From an uncultured virus (IMG/VR IMGVR_UViG_3300031659_000001) (Duplodnaviria > Heunggongvirae > Uroviricota > Caudoviricetes): DNA of 64,000 bases. This document shows positions 9,624 through 18,826 of the stretch, piece after piece (positions within the stretch are counted from its first letter, which is position 1; every line of letters starts with the position of its first letter). The notes under the pieces are model-generated. The model made no database searches. It saw nothing but the letters and a program-made list of their open reading frames with translations, and was not told the DNA's origin. Where the stretch lies: IMG/VR virus record IMGVR_UViG_3300031659_000001; one strand, given 5' to 3'. The translations under genes were made by a program, and so were the position numbers.

Positions 9624-10123
9624 GTGCTTTTGAAATGGCTTGGAGCATTGTGAAGTCATCTACTTTTGCGCCTTACGGTCACATTCCCGACACTGTTGCA
9701 GGGATGGAACAAGACGGTGGGCTGTTTAGCCTTGACTTTACTTCGTTTTATCCTCATTTTGATAAGGATAGCCACAAGCCCGATACAGCGACCCCTACTG
9801 GGGAAACAAACCCAAGTCAAGTGGGTGGTCGGGGAACCTCGGAAACAATATGCGAGAGGTGCGCTGAAAATCTAACGGATGGTTTGAGCCATCGACATTT
9901 GGATGAGCCGCCGAAACGCCATCTCATTCACGGACTTGCTCCCGATGAGGACTATGACAACGAAATGGCCGGTTGGGAGAACCGTCACCGTTGCCCGGAT
10001 GGTGTATCGCCGTGGGATTTGTTCGTTGAGCAAGGTCGTTCATCGGAGGGTATGGAATTAGGGCACGCTCAAGGGGAGCAATACCACCGTTCATTAACAG
10101 AAAGTGAGGGTGATTGGGAATGA
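9620..10123 (+). CDS. Tagged hypothetical protein
   Basis: N-terminal tag MSAFEMAWSIVK; CERC. Confidence 0.7.
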   Translation: MSAFEMAWSIVKSSTFAPYGHIPDTVAGMEQDGGLFSLDFTSFYPHFDKDSHKPDTATPTGETNPSQVGGRGTSETICERCAENLTDGLSHRHLDEPPKRHLIHGLAPDEDYDNEMAGWENRHRCPDGVSPWDLFVEQGRSSEGMELGHAQGEQYHRSLTESEGDWE

Positions 10124-10644
10124 CCGCTTTCGACACCGCTTGGTTGTTAATAAAACGCCAAACTGAATTGGGTGAACACCATGAGGATTTTCCCAGTAGT
10201 CATGGGCCTGTCACACATTATCATGGAACGAGTGAAAAGAGACACACCAACCTCGAAGAAATGGACGCCAATATGAGGCGTAATATGAATACTCGGAATC
10301 CTTTTAGGCGGCTTTTTCCAAAGAAGTTACCCTTACAACAGGAAAGTATGACAAACCGAATTAAACAGGATGGGTTACAACCATCGGGTGGTAATTATGG
10401 CGAAGGAGTATATACATCTCCCGAAAAGCCTACCTCCCAACAATATGCCGATATTGCCGGAGAGAGGAACGCAAGTGAGCCTACTATGTTCGGAGTTAGA
10501 GGTGGGGGTTTGGAACAGCAAAACAAAAAAGACATATTCGGCAATTTTACTATATTCCCAAATCAAATACCACCGGAGAGGGTGGTTCAAGTTCCTACTA
10601 CTCAAGAGCAACCTGCTTGGATGCAAGAGGATGATGCCCCATGA
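10120..10644 (+). CDS. Tagged ADP-ribosyltransferase-fold protein
   Basis: Tag MTAFDTAWLLIK; HYHGTS...GLQP...GVYTSP...QYA...IPPERV. Confidence 0.6.
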   Translation: MTAFDTAWLLIKRQTELGEHHEDFPSSHGPVTHYHGTSEKRHTNLEEMDANMRRNMNTRNPFRRLFPKKLPLQQESMTNRIKQDGLQPSGGNYGEGVYTSPEKPTSQQYADIAGERNASEPTMFGVRGGGLEQQNKKDIFGNFTIFPNQIPPERVVQVPTTQEQPAWMQEDDAP

Positions 10645-11267
10645 GCGCATTTGACACCGCTTGGCAATTGTTCAAGGAGAGCGCAAGCAAGGAGGAATAC
10701 CGTGCTATGCCTACTGATGAGTTTGGTTTCCTTGATCGTAAGCACATAGGGGCGCAGGATTTCGAGTTATCGCCGGAAGATGATGATTTGGTAGGTGGTG
10801 CTGAATTGGGGATAGATGGTTCTTATTCCCGTTCCCGTGTTCATCCTTCTAATATCGGTCGTCGTAAAGACCGTGAGTTCGATGCGGCCCAGCAACGGTC
10901 GATGGCTACCAAGATTGGTAGGATTTCGGCGCATGAGGCCACCCATCAAGCGATTCACAGTGTTGAGCCTTCTTTGCGGAATAATAGTATTGCCCAAGAG
11001 TATGGTGCTTACGCTGGCGAATCCGCCCAAGATGCTCACTATGAGCCTAAAAACAGGATGGATCAGATACTTAGGCACCCGCAGGTTCAAGACACCAAGG
11101 GTATTGAAAGGATTTTAGAGGATCTTGTTGATGGTGGTATTCGCCCCGATAGGCAAGCGCAAACTATGGGCGAGAGGGCGAGATGGAATGCTCAACGGGC
11201 TATGGAAGAGGAAGAATCGGAAGAGAAGTGGTATAACGCCGTTCATGGTAGGAGTAGTTGGATATGA
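10641..11267 (+). CDS. Tagged zincin-like metallopeptidase
   Basis: Tag MSAFDTAWQLFK; AHEATH plus downstream EYGAY. Confidence 0.6.
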   Translation: MSAFDTAWQLFKESASKEEYRAMPTDEFGFLDRKHIGAQDFELSPEDDDLVGGAELGIDGSYSRSRVHPSNIGRRKDREFDAAQQRSMATKIGRISAHEATHQAIHSVEPSLRNNSIAQEYGAYAGESAQDAHYEPKNRMDQILRHPQVQDTKGIERILEDLVDGGIRPDRQAQTMGERARWNAQRAMEEEESEEKWYNAVHGRSSWI

Positions 11268-11785
11268 CCGCTTTTGATGACGCCTTTGCTCTTTTGAAAA
11301 TGCCGTATCATATGACGGATGCTTCAAACCTGCCTTCGATTATGTCGGAGGGTTTGAAACCAATTCATAATGGGACTAATGCAGGGTTGAAGGAGGCTTT
11401 AACCGACCTTGAGGAATACCACGACTACGACCGTGATGAAGCGGAGGCTCATTTGAAACGACAGGCTGACTATTACGGGATGGACAAGGTTGAAGATTTG
11501 TGGGATGGCGAGTGGATATATGGTGCCGATGAAGACCATGCTAATGCCGAGGACTTAGCGAATTATGCAAATGGACATGAAACGCCTGTTTTACTTCACG
11601 CCGGTCAGTATGAAGACTGGATGCCGGATTATGGATATTTTACTGGACACCAAAGGAGTCCCCGGACTATTAGGCCGGAGAATCTCAAGGTAATGCAACA
11701 ATTCCCTTCAAGGACTGAAAGTGGATTAGACCCGGAAGCATACGAGGCTATGGTTCGAGAAATCTTGGAGGGGCTTGGAATATGA
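11264..11785 (+). CDS. Tagged ADP-ribosyltransferase-fold protein (DarT/Tpt1-like signature)
   Basis: Tag MTAFDDAFALLK; YHMTDASNLPSIMSEGLKP...IY...TIRPENL. Confidence 0.6.
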   Translation: MTAFDDAFALLKMPYHMTDASNLPSIMSEGLKPIHNGTNAGLKEALTDLEEYHDYDRDEAEAHLKRQADYYGMDKVEDLWDGEWIYGADEDHANAEDLANYANGHETPVLLHAGQYEDWMPDYGYFTGHQRSPRTIRPENLKVMQQFPSRTESGLDPEAYEAMVREILEGLGI

Positions 11786-12207
11786 CCGCTTTCATCACCG
11801 CTTGGGCTTTACTGAAAATGCCCTTTGTCGCCCCCGACAAATTACCAAAAAAGGCATGGGATGGGGTTATGGGTTCTGTTTCCGACTTTGAACACCAAAA
11901 AAGAGATGACTTTTGGGTTGATGATGAAGCGAACCCGAAGGCTTGGGGTCTTCACCGCCGTGCTGACTATACAACGGGGAACGGAACTCACATTGGGGCA
12001 CGCATTCCATACTTTGAGATAGATCCTTCTATGAGAGGGAAGGGTAAGGGGCGTGAGGCTTTGGTGCAAATGATTGCTGAAATGCGAGAGCATGAGAAAA
12101 TGAATCCCGACTCAAAGGTTATGGGGCAAGATGTGATTGAATCGGCCAAAGGATTTTGGGAACGCATGTATGAAGACGGCATCATACACGATTATACGGA
12201 GGAATGA
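11782..12207 (+). CDS. Tagged GNAT acetyltransferase
   Basis: Tag MTAFITAWALLK; IDPSMRGKGKG (acetyl-CoA motif A); SAKGFWERM. Confidence 0.7.
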   Translation: MTAFITAWALLKMPFVAPDKLPKKAWDGVMGSVSDFEHQKRDDFWVDDEANPKAWGLHRRADYTTGNGTHIGARIPYFEIDPSMRGKGKGREALVQMIAEMREHEKMNPDSKVMGQDVIESAKGFWERMYEDGIIHDYTEE

Positions 12208-12209
12208 GT

Positions 12210-13037
12210 ATGACCGCCTTTGACATAGCCTTTTCGCTTCTCAAAGAGTGGAGTCCTAACTGGCGTGACGAGATTTCGAGTATTGATACCGATATTGATA
12301 CGCACGAACTCTTGACTCAAGGGGGTGCCAAGGGTTTGGGCTTAGGCGGTGGCGGCATGATGGAAACCTTCAAACACCCGAATGACCGTAGATTCGTTGC
12401 GAAAATCCCGAATGGCTGGGGCGAGGGTGCTGGTGCGGTTGGTAAAGACCGTGACAATGCCATTGTTTTGGCGTTGGAGGAATTAGGCTTCCCAGTTGCC
12501 TCGGAAAAATACATTGACGCCTCTAATGAACTTTCGGAGGGCGGGCAGGGCCATTACAACATCCAGCCTAAACTTTCCCTCAAAAACCCCGACTGGCCGC
12601 CGGATCCCTCTAAGAAACCGGAACGCAGTGCCCATGTAGCGCATACAGCCTTAGCCCACATAATTGGGGATAGGCACCCTATGAACTTTGGCTACGATAC
12701 AAAGGGTAGAGCGAGGATGCTTGACTCTCAAGTGGAGCATCGAGGTGCCGATTGGTGGCCGGGCGAGTCAAATGCAGATGGGCAAGATAGTGCCGAACAA
12801 TACCAAGAATACCTCACCAACAAGAGGAACATGCAATTACCTGTCACGGCACTCTTGGATAGGTTGCCTGATCTGGATGAGGACAACAATTTCCTCGAAA
12901 GCAATACGGGCGATCAAGAATATCTAAGGGCGCAAAGAGATGATTTGGCCCTTTGGCTGGAACAGATGGAACCACATTCCGACAATCCTCCGCAATTGAC
13001 GGTTGGAGGCAAAGCGATTTGGGGTGATGACTGGTGA
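12210..13037 (+). CDS. Tagged HipA/PI3-PI4-kinase-like protein
   Basis: Tag MTAFDIAFSLLK; Gly-rich loop, VAK, IIGDRHPMN catalytic loop, MLD. Confidence 0.6.
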   Translation: MTAFDIAFSLLKEWSPNWRDEISSIDTDIDTHELLTQGGAKGLGLGGGGMMETFKHPNDRRFVAKIPNGWGEGAGAVGKDRDNAIVLALEELGFPVASEKYIDASNELSEGGQGHYNIQPKLSLKNPDWPPDPSKKPERSAHVAHTALAHIIGDRHPMNFGYDTKGRARMLDSQVEHRGADWWPGESNADGQDSAEQYQEYLTNKRNMQLPVTALLDRLPDLDEDNNFLESNTGDQEYLRAQRDDLALWLEQMEPHSDNPPQLTVGGKAIWGDDW

Positions 13038-14053
13038 GTGCATTTAGTCGAGCCTTTACCCTCATTAAGATGCCCATTGACTGGGACACGGTGACTGAAC
13101 CCGTGTGGACTGATAAGCCGTCCGACAAACCACCCCACTTCATGGAGGCTAAAGACCACCGTGGACAGGCCCAAAGAAACTCACGGGATTTACAAAGCGG
13201 TGAAGCATCAGCCCAATGGATTCACCCGCACACGGGAGAACGCTACAACATTAGGATGGATAAGTGGCTTCGTAATACTCTCAATCCCCCAAAAAACAAA
13301 CCCGCTTGGGAACCTTACAGGCGTGAAGGCGGTGAAATGTCGGTGACGCAACCTATGAGTGAAGAGCAATTGGCCGAAGCGGCTCGTTCAAATGAAATAG
13401 ATATAGACGAAATTAAAGAATCAATACACGGCCAAGACCGCCATGTGGGTGGTGCCGACTTTTACAATCATACCGACCCGTTCGGTCGTCGGTATCATAC
13501 CCGTGCAGACACCGCCCAAACCCAAGATCCCCGTTCCACCCCTATGCCGGATTTACCAAACCGCCTACAAGGGCTTGGTTTGGGGACAGACATGTATGAT
13601 TTATTGACCCATTGGGGTGTTCCGTTGAAGCCGGACTCGGCGCAATCGGATAAAGCGAGGCGACTTTGGGCAAGGAATCAAGGGTTTGACCGTGAAACGG
13701 CTGATATGATGGCCGTTGAAAGAAACTACTCGGCAAAACCCTATGAAGGAATACTCCAACAAGCGGTGGCGAAAGTGCGGGAGGCGGGACTACACAATTC
13801 ATTGACCTACGACATAACGGAACCCACTACTGTCGTCGGCAACCTCAACATTTGGGATGCTTTGGGTTATCCCGAAGCAACGGAAATCAAAGAATGGATG
13901 GATGCCATGGTTGAGGTTGAGGGCTTAAAGCCGTTTAATGAAATGCCTCCATATTTAGATGAGCCGAAAGGCATGGGGTCGGAAGATCAATACGACCGTT
14001 ACGATAGATTAAAAGAAAATTGGACATGGAGGGGTCATAATGAGCGCAATTGA
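13034..14053 (+). CDS. Tagged GNAT-like protein
   Basis: Tag MSAFSRAFTLIK; LQGLGLGTDMYD; QSDKARRLW. Confidence 0.55.
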   Translation: MSAFSRAFTLIKMPIDWDTVTEPVWTDKPSDKPPHFMEAKDHRGQAQRNSRDLQSGEASAQWIHPHTGERYNIRMDKWLRNTLNPPKNKPAWEPYRREGGEMSVTQPMSEEQLAEAARSNEIDIDEIKESIHGQDRHVGGADFYNHTDPFGRRYHTRADTAQTQDPRSTPMPDLPNRLQGLGLGTDMYDLLTHWGVPLKPDSAQSDKARRLWARNQGFDRETADMMAVERNYSAKPYEGILQQAVAKVREAGLHNSLTYDITEPTTVVGNLNIWDALGYPEATEIKEWMDAMVEVEGLKPFNEMPPYLDEPKGMGSEDQYDRYDRLKENWTWRGHNERN

Positions 14054-15818
14054 TAGAGTGTGGCATTTGATGAAATCGGAAATGTATTTCCCCCGTAAAG
14101 ACGGTATGGACGATGGGTCAAGCGCAGGAACTTATTGGGGGCCGGAAGCAAACGCCACCACCACCGTTGATTATCAAAAACCACGCTGGTGGCATCCTAA
14201 AGAGCGCAAGTTTCAAGCGGATTACAATAACATGGAGAGTGAAAAACACAACAAAGAGCGTGCAACGGGAACAGAACAGCGTATTCCTATGACCGCCGAG
14301 AACACTCAATATGGTGGCCCTTCGACAAGAGTGATGGATGATGATGTAAGAACCGCCAATGAACCATTTACCCAAGAGGAACGGGCGGAACGAGGGGAGT
14401 TTGCCCAGCAAGGAGATGTTCCTTTTAGAAGAGGTGCTTCTCAACCGAGAACTACTACTGTTCAATCCGATACAGCAAAGTTCCACGGAAGTTCAAACTT
14501 GCTTGATATGAAGGGCAACGAAATAGACCGAGGTCGAGTGGACAGAAATAACAATGTAATGGATCTCGATAGTAAGGCACCGCAAAAATTGGGTGGTATG
14601 CAAGATTATGAAACCATGAATGGTGTCAATTTAGCGGCTTTTGGTAAATATGGGTGGACTGACGAGATGCTTTCGGCGGAAGAAGCCGAAAATAAAACAC
14701 CCGAAATAACATCCACTCTCGCCCACGAAGGAACCCATGCGGCAATAGACCAGCCCATAAGTAGTGCGGTTGCAGAAGGGGAATTACCGAGAGCGAATTA
14801 TAATATGGCACACGAAATAGGTGCTTATTCGGGACAATTTGCGGGAGAAGAAAAGGAAGTAAATGACCGCCTCTCATATCACCCTTCGACAACAGCAAGA
14901 GGGAATAAAGTGCCAGCCAAATACCAAAGGCAACATGGCGGGGAACAGGTAAAAATGCCCCGACCGATAGAATCACAGGGGGATATTAAGCAAGCGGGTG
15001 AACCTATGGGTGCATTTGATGAGGCTTGGCATTTAATCAAGGCACCGTGGAGCGTTGATACACCACAAGGCACATACGGCAAGGTCACGGGGCCACTTTA
15101 CTCCGGCGGTGACAGAATCAACGACGAGTTCCGATATTGGACAAAGGACAAGGAAGAAGCATTGGCCTATGCGATGTATGGATCTGCTGTTCCCGAATCG
15201 TCGTTTAATCAAAGTATTCTATCTAATTTGGGATTAAGTCATCACGGGGTTCCACCTATGCGCCAAACCTACCCAGCAATCAAAGTGGCACCCGACCCCG
15301 GCTTCGATGAAGACGGAAACCCTGCGTCGTTCGTTACAGCCGACCCGCAATCAATGGGTTACATTCAAGACGACCTTGAAGGTATGGATGGCGAGTTTAT
15401 GGATGAAGACGAACTTTATGCGTGGATTGCTTCGATGATGCCCGACCATGATATGACACCCGAAGAAGAGAAGAGTGCCCATAGAGGCTGGCATTACAAC
15501 GACGAAGGGGATGAGGTGGCACCAAGAGCAGTTCAACCAGTAAATGCTTTAGGAACAACCGGATATTACTATGAAGACCATGAACGAGATCAACACATGT
15601 CGGAGGCATTAAAACGCCTTCAACAAGGTGCGTCGGGTAAAATAGCACTACCCGATGAGTTCCAAGGGCAAATGTCCACATCGGAAACCGATGATCTCAT
15701 GGAGAGGGAAATTGATTTAGCAGACTGGAATAATGGTATGGAAGAATGGGAAAGGGACTTCATAAGACGCAATCGTTCCGAAGACGCCGAGTTATTGGAC
15801 TACCCCGATATGGAGTGA
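14040..15818 (+). CDS. Two-module tagged protein: HExxH peptidase plus ART-like module
   Basis: Tag MSAIDRVWHLMK; AHEGTH...HEIGAY; internal tag MGAFDEAWHLIK followed by LYSGG...YWTKDKEEALAYA. Confidence 0.6.
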   Translation: MSAIDRVWHLMKSEMYFPRKDGMDDGSSAGTYWGPEANATTTVDYQKPRWWHPKERKFQADYNNMESEKHNKERATGTEQRIPMTAENTQYGGPSTRVMDDDVRTANEPFTQEERAERGEFAQQGDVPFRRGASQPRTTTVQSDTAKFHGSSNLLDMKGNEIDRGRVDRNNNVMDLDSKAPQKLGGMQDYETMNGVNLAAFGKYGWTDEMLSAEEAENKTPEITSTLAHEGTHAAIDQPISSAVAEGELPRANYNMAHEIGAYSGQFAGEEKEVNDRLSYHPSTTARGNKVPAKYQRQHGGEQVKMPRPIESQGDIKQAGEPMGAFDEAWHLIKAPWSVDTPQGTYGKVTGPLYSGGDRINDEFRYWTKDKEEALAYAMYGSAVPESSFNQSILSNLGLSHHGVPPMRQTYPAIKVAPDPGFDEDGNPASFVTADPQSMGYIQDDLEGMDGEFMDEDELYAWIASMMPDHDMTPEEEKSAHRGWHYNDEGDEVAPRAVQPVNALGTTGYYYEDHERDQHMSEALKRLQQGASGKIALPDEFQGQMSTSETDDLMEREIDLADWNNGMEEWERDFIRRNRSEDAELLDYPDME

Positions 15819-15822
15819 GAAA

Positions 15823-15942
15823 ATGGAGGGTGACTCTTTGGGCAACCTACTAATAAAGGCAGTGGGAGCATTTGTCCTAATCCCAATTCTTATCATACTG
15901 CTCCCCCTCGCCTATCTATACTCGGTGGTGGTGGAACAATGA
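15823..15942 (+). CDS. 39-aa single-transmembrane microprotein
   Basis: Read manually: MEGDSLGNLLIKAVGAFVLIPILIILLPLAYLYSVVVEQ; ATGA overlap with 15939. Confidence 0.5.
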   Translation: MEGDSLGNLLIKAVGAFVLIPILIILLPLAYLYSVVVEQ

Positions 15943-16688
15943 CAATCAGTTCCTTCGACCAAGCCTTCTTACTACTGAAAATGCCCTTCGTTCCCGGTTC
16001 AGTGCGCCCTTTAGAGGGTGAGTTCACGGAGGGTGACGACGACCACGCCCCAGCGCAAAAGTATGTTGGTGACTTCTATGACCCCACAGACGACCGGACA
16101 CTCCCAATCAACATCGAACCACAGCGAGAATGGATAGGTGAAGATGACAAGCGTGGTTTTGGGCACAAGCATAACAACATAGATCGGATGGATGCCGCAG
16201 TTATCCCTATGGACGCAATAGATGAAGATAGAGAAGCCGAGCAACAGTTCGGTTTGGGTCAAAAAAACCCATTCGCCGCCGTTATTGATAACAAAATCGA
16301 GCGTGTCTTTGTTCCATCGGATTTACGAAGAAGGTCTATGGGTGCAGGGCTTTTGGATGCTTTAGAAGAATACCGAAAGAACTTCTCAAAATACGGTAAG
16401 AGTGGGTCGTTTGGCCCAGCCCGTGAGAACAGTGCTGACATGCTTGGGCTTTTAGCAAGCAGGGGCATTTTTCCTAAAGGGTTGGCATCAATACCTAAAG
16501 AACAGAACTGGAACGACCCGGACACTCAATACATGCACAGCGAGTTCGGGCGTGGGTCAAATTGGGTTCATCCCGATGAAGCCGAAAAAGTGCCTAAATC
16601 CGAGTGGCAACAACGCTGGCTTGATGCTGGCAAGAGATTCGCAGAATATCAAGAGCGACAGGAACAGGAAGAGGATGAAGAATGGTGA
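15939..16688 (+). CDS. Tagged GNAT-like protein
   Basis: Tag SSFDQAFLLLK-MP; VFVPSDLRRRSMGAGLL. Confidence 0.55.
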   Translation: MTISSFDQAFLLLKMPFVPGSVRPLEGEFTEGDDDHAPAQKYVGDFYDPTDDRTLPINIEPQREWIGEDDKRGFGHKHNNIDRMDAAVIPMDAIDEDREAEQQFGLGQKNPFAAVIDNKIERVFVPSDLRRRSMGAGLLDALEEYRKNFSKYGKSGSFGPARENSADMLGLLASRGIFPKGLASIPKEQNWNDPDTQYMHSEFGRGSNWVHPDEAEKVPKSEWQQRWLDAGKRFAEYQERQEQEEDEEW

Positions 16689-16879
16689 CAGCATTTACCA
16701 AAGCCTTTTCGCTACTGAAAGCCCCCTTTAAGGCTAAATACACTGGCAATTGTAAGACCTGTGGTCGAACCATTGACGCTGGTGAATGGGTGAACTACAA
16801 TTCAATGCTTGGTGGTATTCAATGCCCGACCGATTGTAGCAAGGGATATGGCTTCGGATGGAGAGGTGGGAAAGAATGA
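16682..16879 (+). CDS. Tagged small Zn-finger protein
   Basis: Tag TAFTKAFSLLK; AKYTGNCKTCG...CPTDC. Confidence 0.65.
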   Translation: MVTAFTKAFSLLKAPFKAKYTGNCKTCGRTIDAGEWVNYNSMLGGIQCPTDCSKGYGFGWRGGKE

Positions 16880-17358
16880 CCGCCTTTGAACAAGCATTCG
16901 CTTTACTGAAAATGCCATATCACGGAACTACCATGGAGGCGGCAAAGAAAATCCTCCAAGAAGGTGGCAAGGCTATGAATCCCGGTGGTGCGCTCATGGG
17001 CGACCCATCATTTTACATGACTCCCGATGAACTCATGGCAAGAGCCTATGCCGCAAGTCGTTCTATTTCTCATGGTAGTCCTCCTGCTTTGTTGTATATT
17101 GATGATGATCACATAAACAGCCGAGATGATGTTAAGGATTTGGGATGGAATGTCCTTGGATCTGGTGAGGTGGCTCCCGAACACATTAGCCTTGTTGATG
17201 ATTCGGAGGAAGAATTGGCAGGAAAGGAAATTGACGAGGAATCGCTCAAAGAAGCAGGGTGGTTTATTCACCGTAATAAAAATCAAGGTAGGGCTAATGA
17301 TAAGCGGCTATGGGAAGAGAGGCCAGTGGGCCATGTGCAGGAGTGGGACAAAGAATGA
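16876..17358 (+). CDS. Tagged ADP-ribosyltransferase-fold protein
   Basis: Tag MTAFEQAFALLK; YHGTT...ILQEG...FYMTPDELMARAYA...VAPEHI. Confidence 0.65.
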   Translation: MTAFEQAFALLKMPYHGTTMEAAKKILQEGGKAMNPGGALMGDPSFYMTPDELMARAYAASRSISHGSPPALLYIDDDHINSRDDVKDLGWNVLGSGEVAPEHISLVDDSEEELAGKEIDEESLKEAGWFIHRNKNQGRANDKRLWEERPVGHVQEWDKE

Positions 17359-18113
17359 CCGCCTTTGAACAAGCGTTCGCACTTATCAAAAATGCGACAT
17401 TGGAACCGCCGGAAATGTCATCACCACCACCGCCGATGAAAATACCCGATAAGGACGGTTGGGATGATGATGACAGCCTCCCTGCTGACGAATGTTGTAT
17501 TCAAATTAGCACAAAATGGTATTATGAAACAAGTGCTTGGGGTCACGAAGAATGGGACATGCCTCATGCTATGGGCGACGACGATCCCGACTACCCGGAA
17601 ACCTATGACACCCTACAATACCACACACAGAATGCGTGCGACAACCTCCGTGAAAAATTAGAAGAATGGGCAAGCGGCAGGTTTGGTGAGAAGCACAGTG
17701 TCAATTATGACAAAGAGGGTCATACACAGGGTCTTTTAGGCCCGCAAGCGGCAAAAACCGGATTGAATGAAAAATTACAGGCATTCGCACGCCAATTACT
17801 TACTGAATGGGATGATTGCGCTTCTAAGGCAAATCGCCGTCATCCTTCGTCTTATTTCACTGCCTCCGCCGACCCGCAAACGACCGCCGTCGAACAAGCA
17901 TGGGCTTTAATCAAGGGTATTATATCCAAATTGCGACAATGCCGTGACTGTGGCAGGATTGCTTATCGCAATAGTGGGGTTTGCGGGGTTTCGCTCAAAG
18001 AACCAGTAGATGGAATCAAAAACAATTGTTCCGGTTCAATGCAAGTTATCCGCTATCCCACTGATGAACAAATCAAAGAAGCCGATGAATGGAGGGCGGG
18101 TGGTTATGAATGA
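17355..18113 (+). CDS. Two-module tagged protein (unknown domain plus Zn ribbon)
   Basis: Tag MTAFEQAFALIK; internal TAVEQAWALIK followed by CRDC...C...C. Confidence 0.65.
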   Translation: MTAFEQAFALIKNATLEPPEMSSPPPPMKIPDKDGWDDDDSLPADECCIQISTKWYYETSAWGHEEWDMPHAMGDDDPDYPETYDTLQYHTQNACDNLREKLEEWASGRFGEKHSVNYDKEGHTQGLLGPQAAKTGLNEKLQAFARQLLTEWDDCASKANRRHPSSYFTASADPQTTAVEQAWALIKGIISKLRQCRDCGRIAYRNSGVCGVSLKEPVDGIKNNCSGSMQVIRYPTDEQIKEADEWRAGGYE

Positions 18114-18826
18114 CCGCCTTTGAAACCGCCTTCGCATTACTAATGAAGTCCCTCCCGATTGAGGTAGATTGGGATAACAAAAAATTACCCCCTCCGATTG
18201 AGGTTGAATGGGATTGTAAAAAATGTGGCAAGTCCAAGAGTGGAACGGATAAGTGCCAATGTCCTGCTGTCAAAAAAGGCGGGCCAATGGACATGGCTTG
18301 GCGATTGCTCAAGTCACCCCTCTTCTACCCCGAAGAAAAATGGGAAGACACGATAGACCCCAACAAAACACCTACTGCACGGGAAAAAGAAATGTTTCCC
18401 GATTACATGTCAGATCTAATGACACCAGCATCGCCATTTGGTGATATTTCTTGGGAATCCAAAGATGGGATGGCAAGAGGTGTCGCTCAAACGAACTTCG
18501 ATACAGGGCAGGTAGAAGTTCACCACTTTGAAGTCGCTACCACTGTGCGGGATGGTGGCCTCGGTGAATCATACCTGCGTGAGATGATTGCGGAACTTGA
18601 ACAGGAAATGGCAGGTCAAACAGAATTAGACTCTTTTCATGCTCACGCTACAAAGGTCGAACCCAGCAAGGCTGGCTTTTGGGACAAGATGGTAGATAGA
18701 GGTGCTATACACAGTGCTTCAACACGATCCAATCCCCGTGTGACAACAGATGGCAAACACTTCGCACCTAAAATAAGCAGTGATCAATTACAACCATGGG
18801 AATGGCCGACAGAAGACGAGATTTAA
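18110..18826 (+). CDS. Two-module tagged protein (Zn finger plus GNAT)
   Basis: Tag MTAFETAFALLMK; CKKC...CQC; internal MDMAWRLLK; VRDGGLG; GFWDKM. Confidence 0.65.
   Translation: MTAFETAFALLMKSLPIEVDWDNKKLPPPIEVEWDCKKCGKSKSGTDKCQCPAVKKGGPMDMAWRLLKSPLFYPEEKWEDTIDPNKTPTAREKEMFPDYMSDLMTPASPFGDISWESKDGMARGVAQTNFDTGQVEVHHFEVATTVRDGGLGESYLREMIAELEQEMAGQTELDSFHAHATKVEPSKAGFWDKMVDRGAIHSASTRSNPRVTTDGKHFAPKISSDQLQPWEWPTEDEI

Noticed and set aside
18150..18225. Short duplication PIEVDWDNKK / PIEVEWDCKK
   Set aside because: Real but minor local duplication with no evidence of a separate function.
9620..18826. Tag repeats as a CRISPR array, integron attC sites or DGR repeats
   Set aside because: Repeats are in-frame coding and degenerate mainly at codon level, spacers are whole genes, and no cas, integrase or reverse transcriptase is seen.
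9620..18826. Tag as a Sec/Tat signal peptide or class III pilin signal
   Set aside because: Too short, amphipathic with acidic residues, no hydrophobic h-region or RR motif, and it also occurs internally and at a C-terminus.
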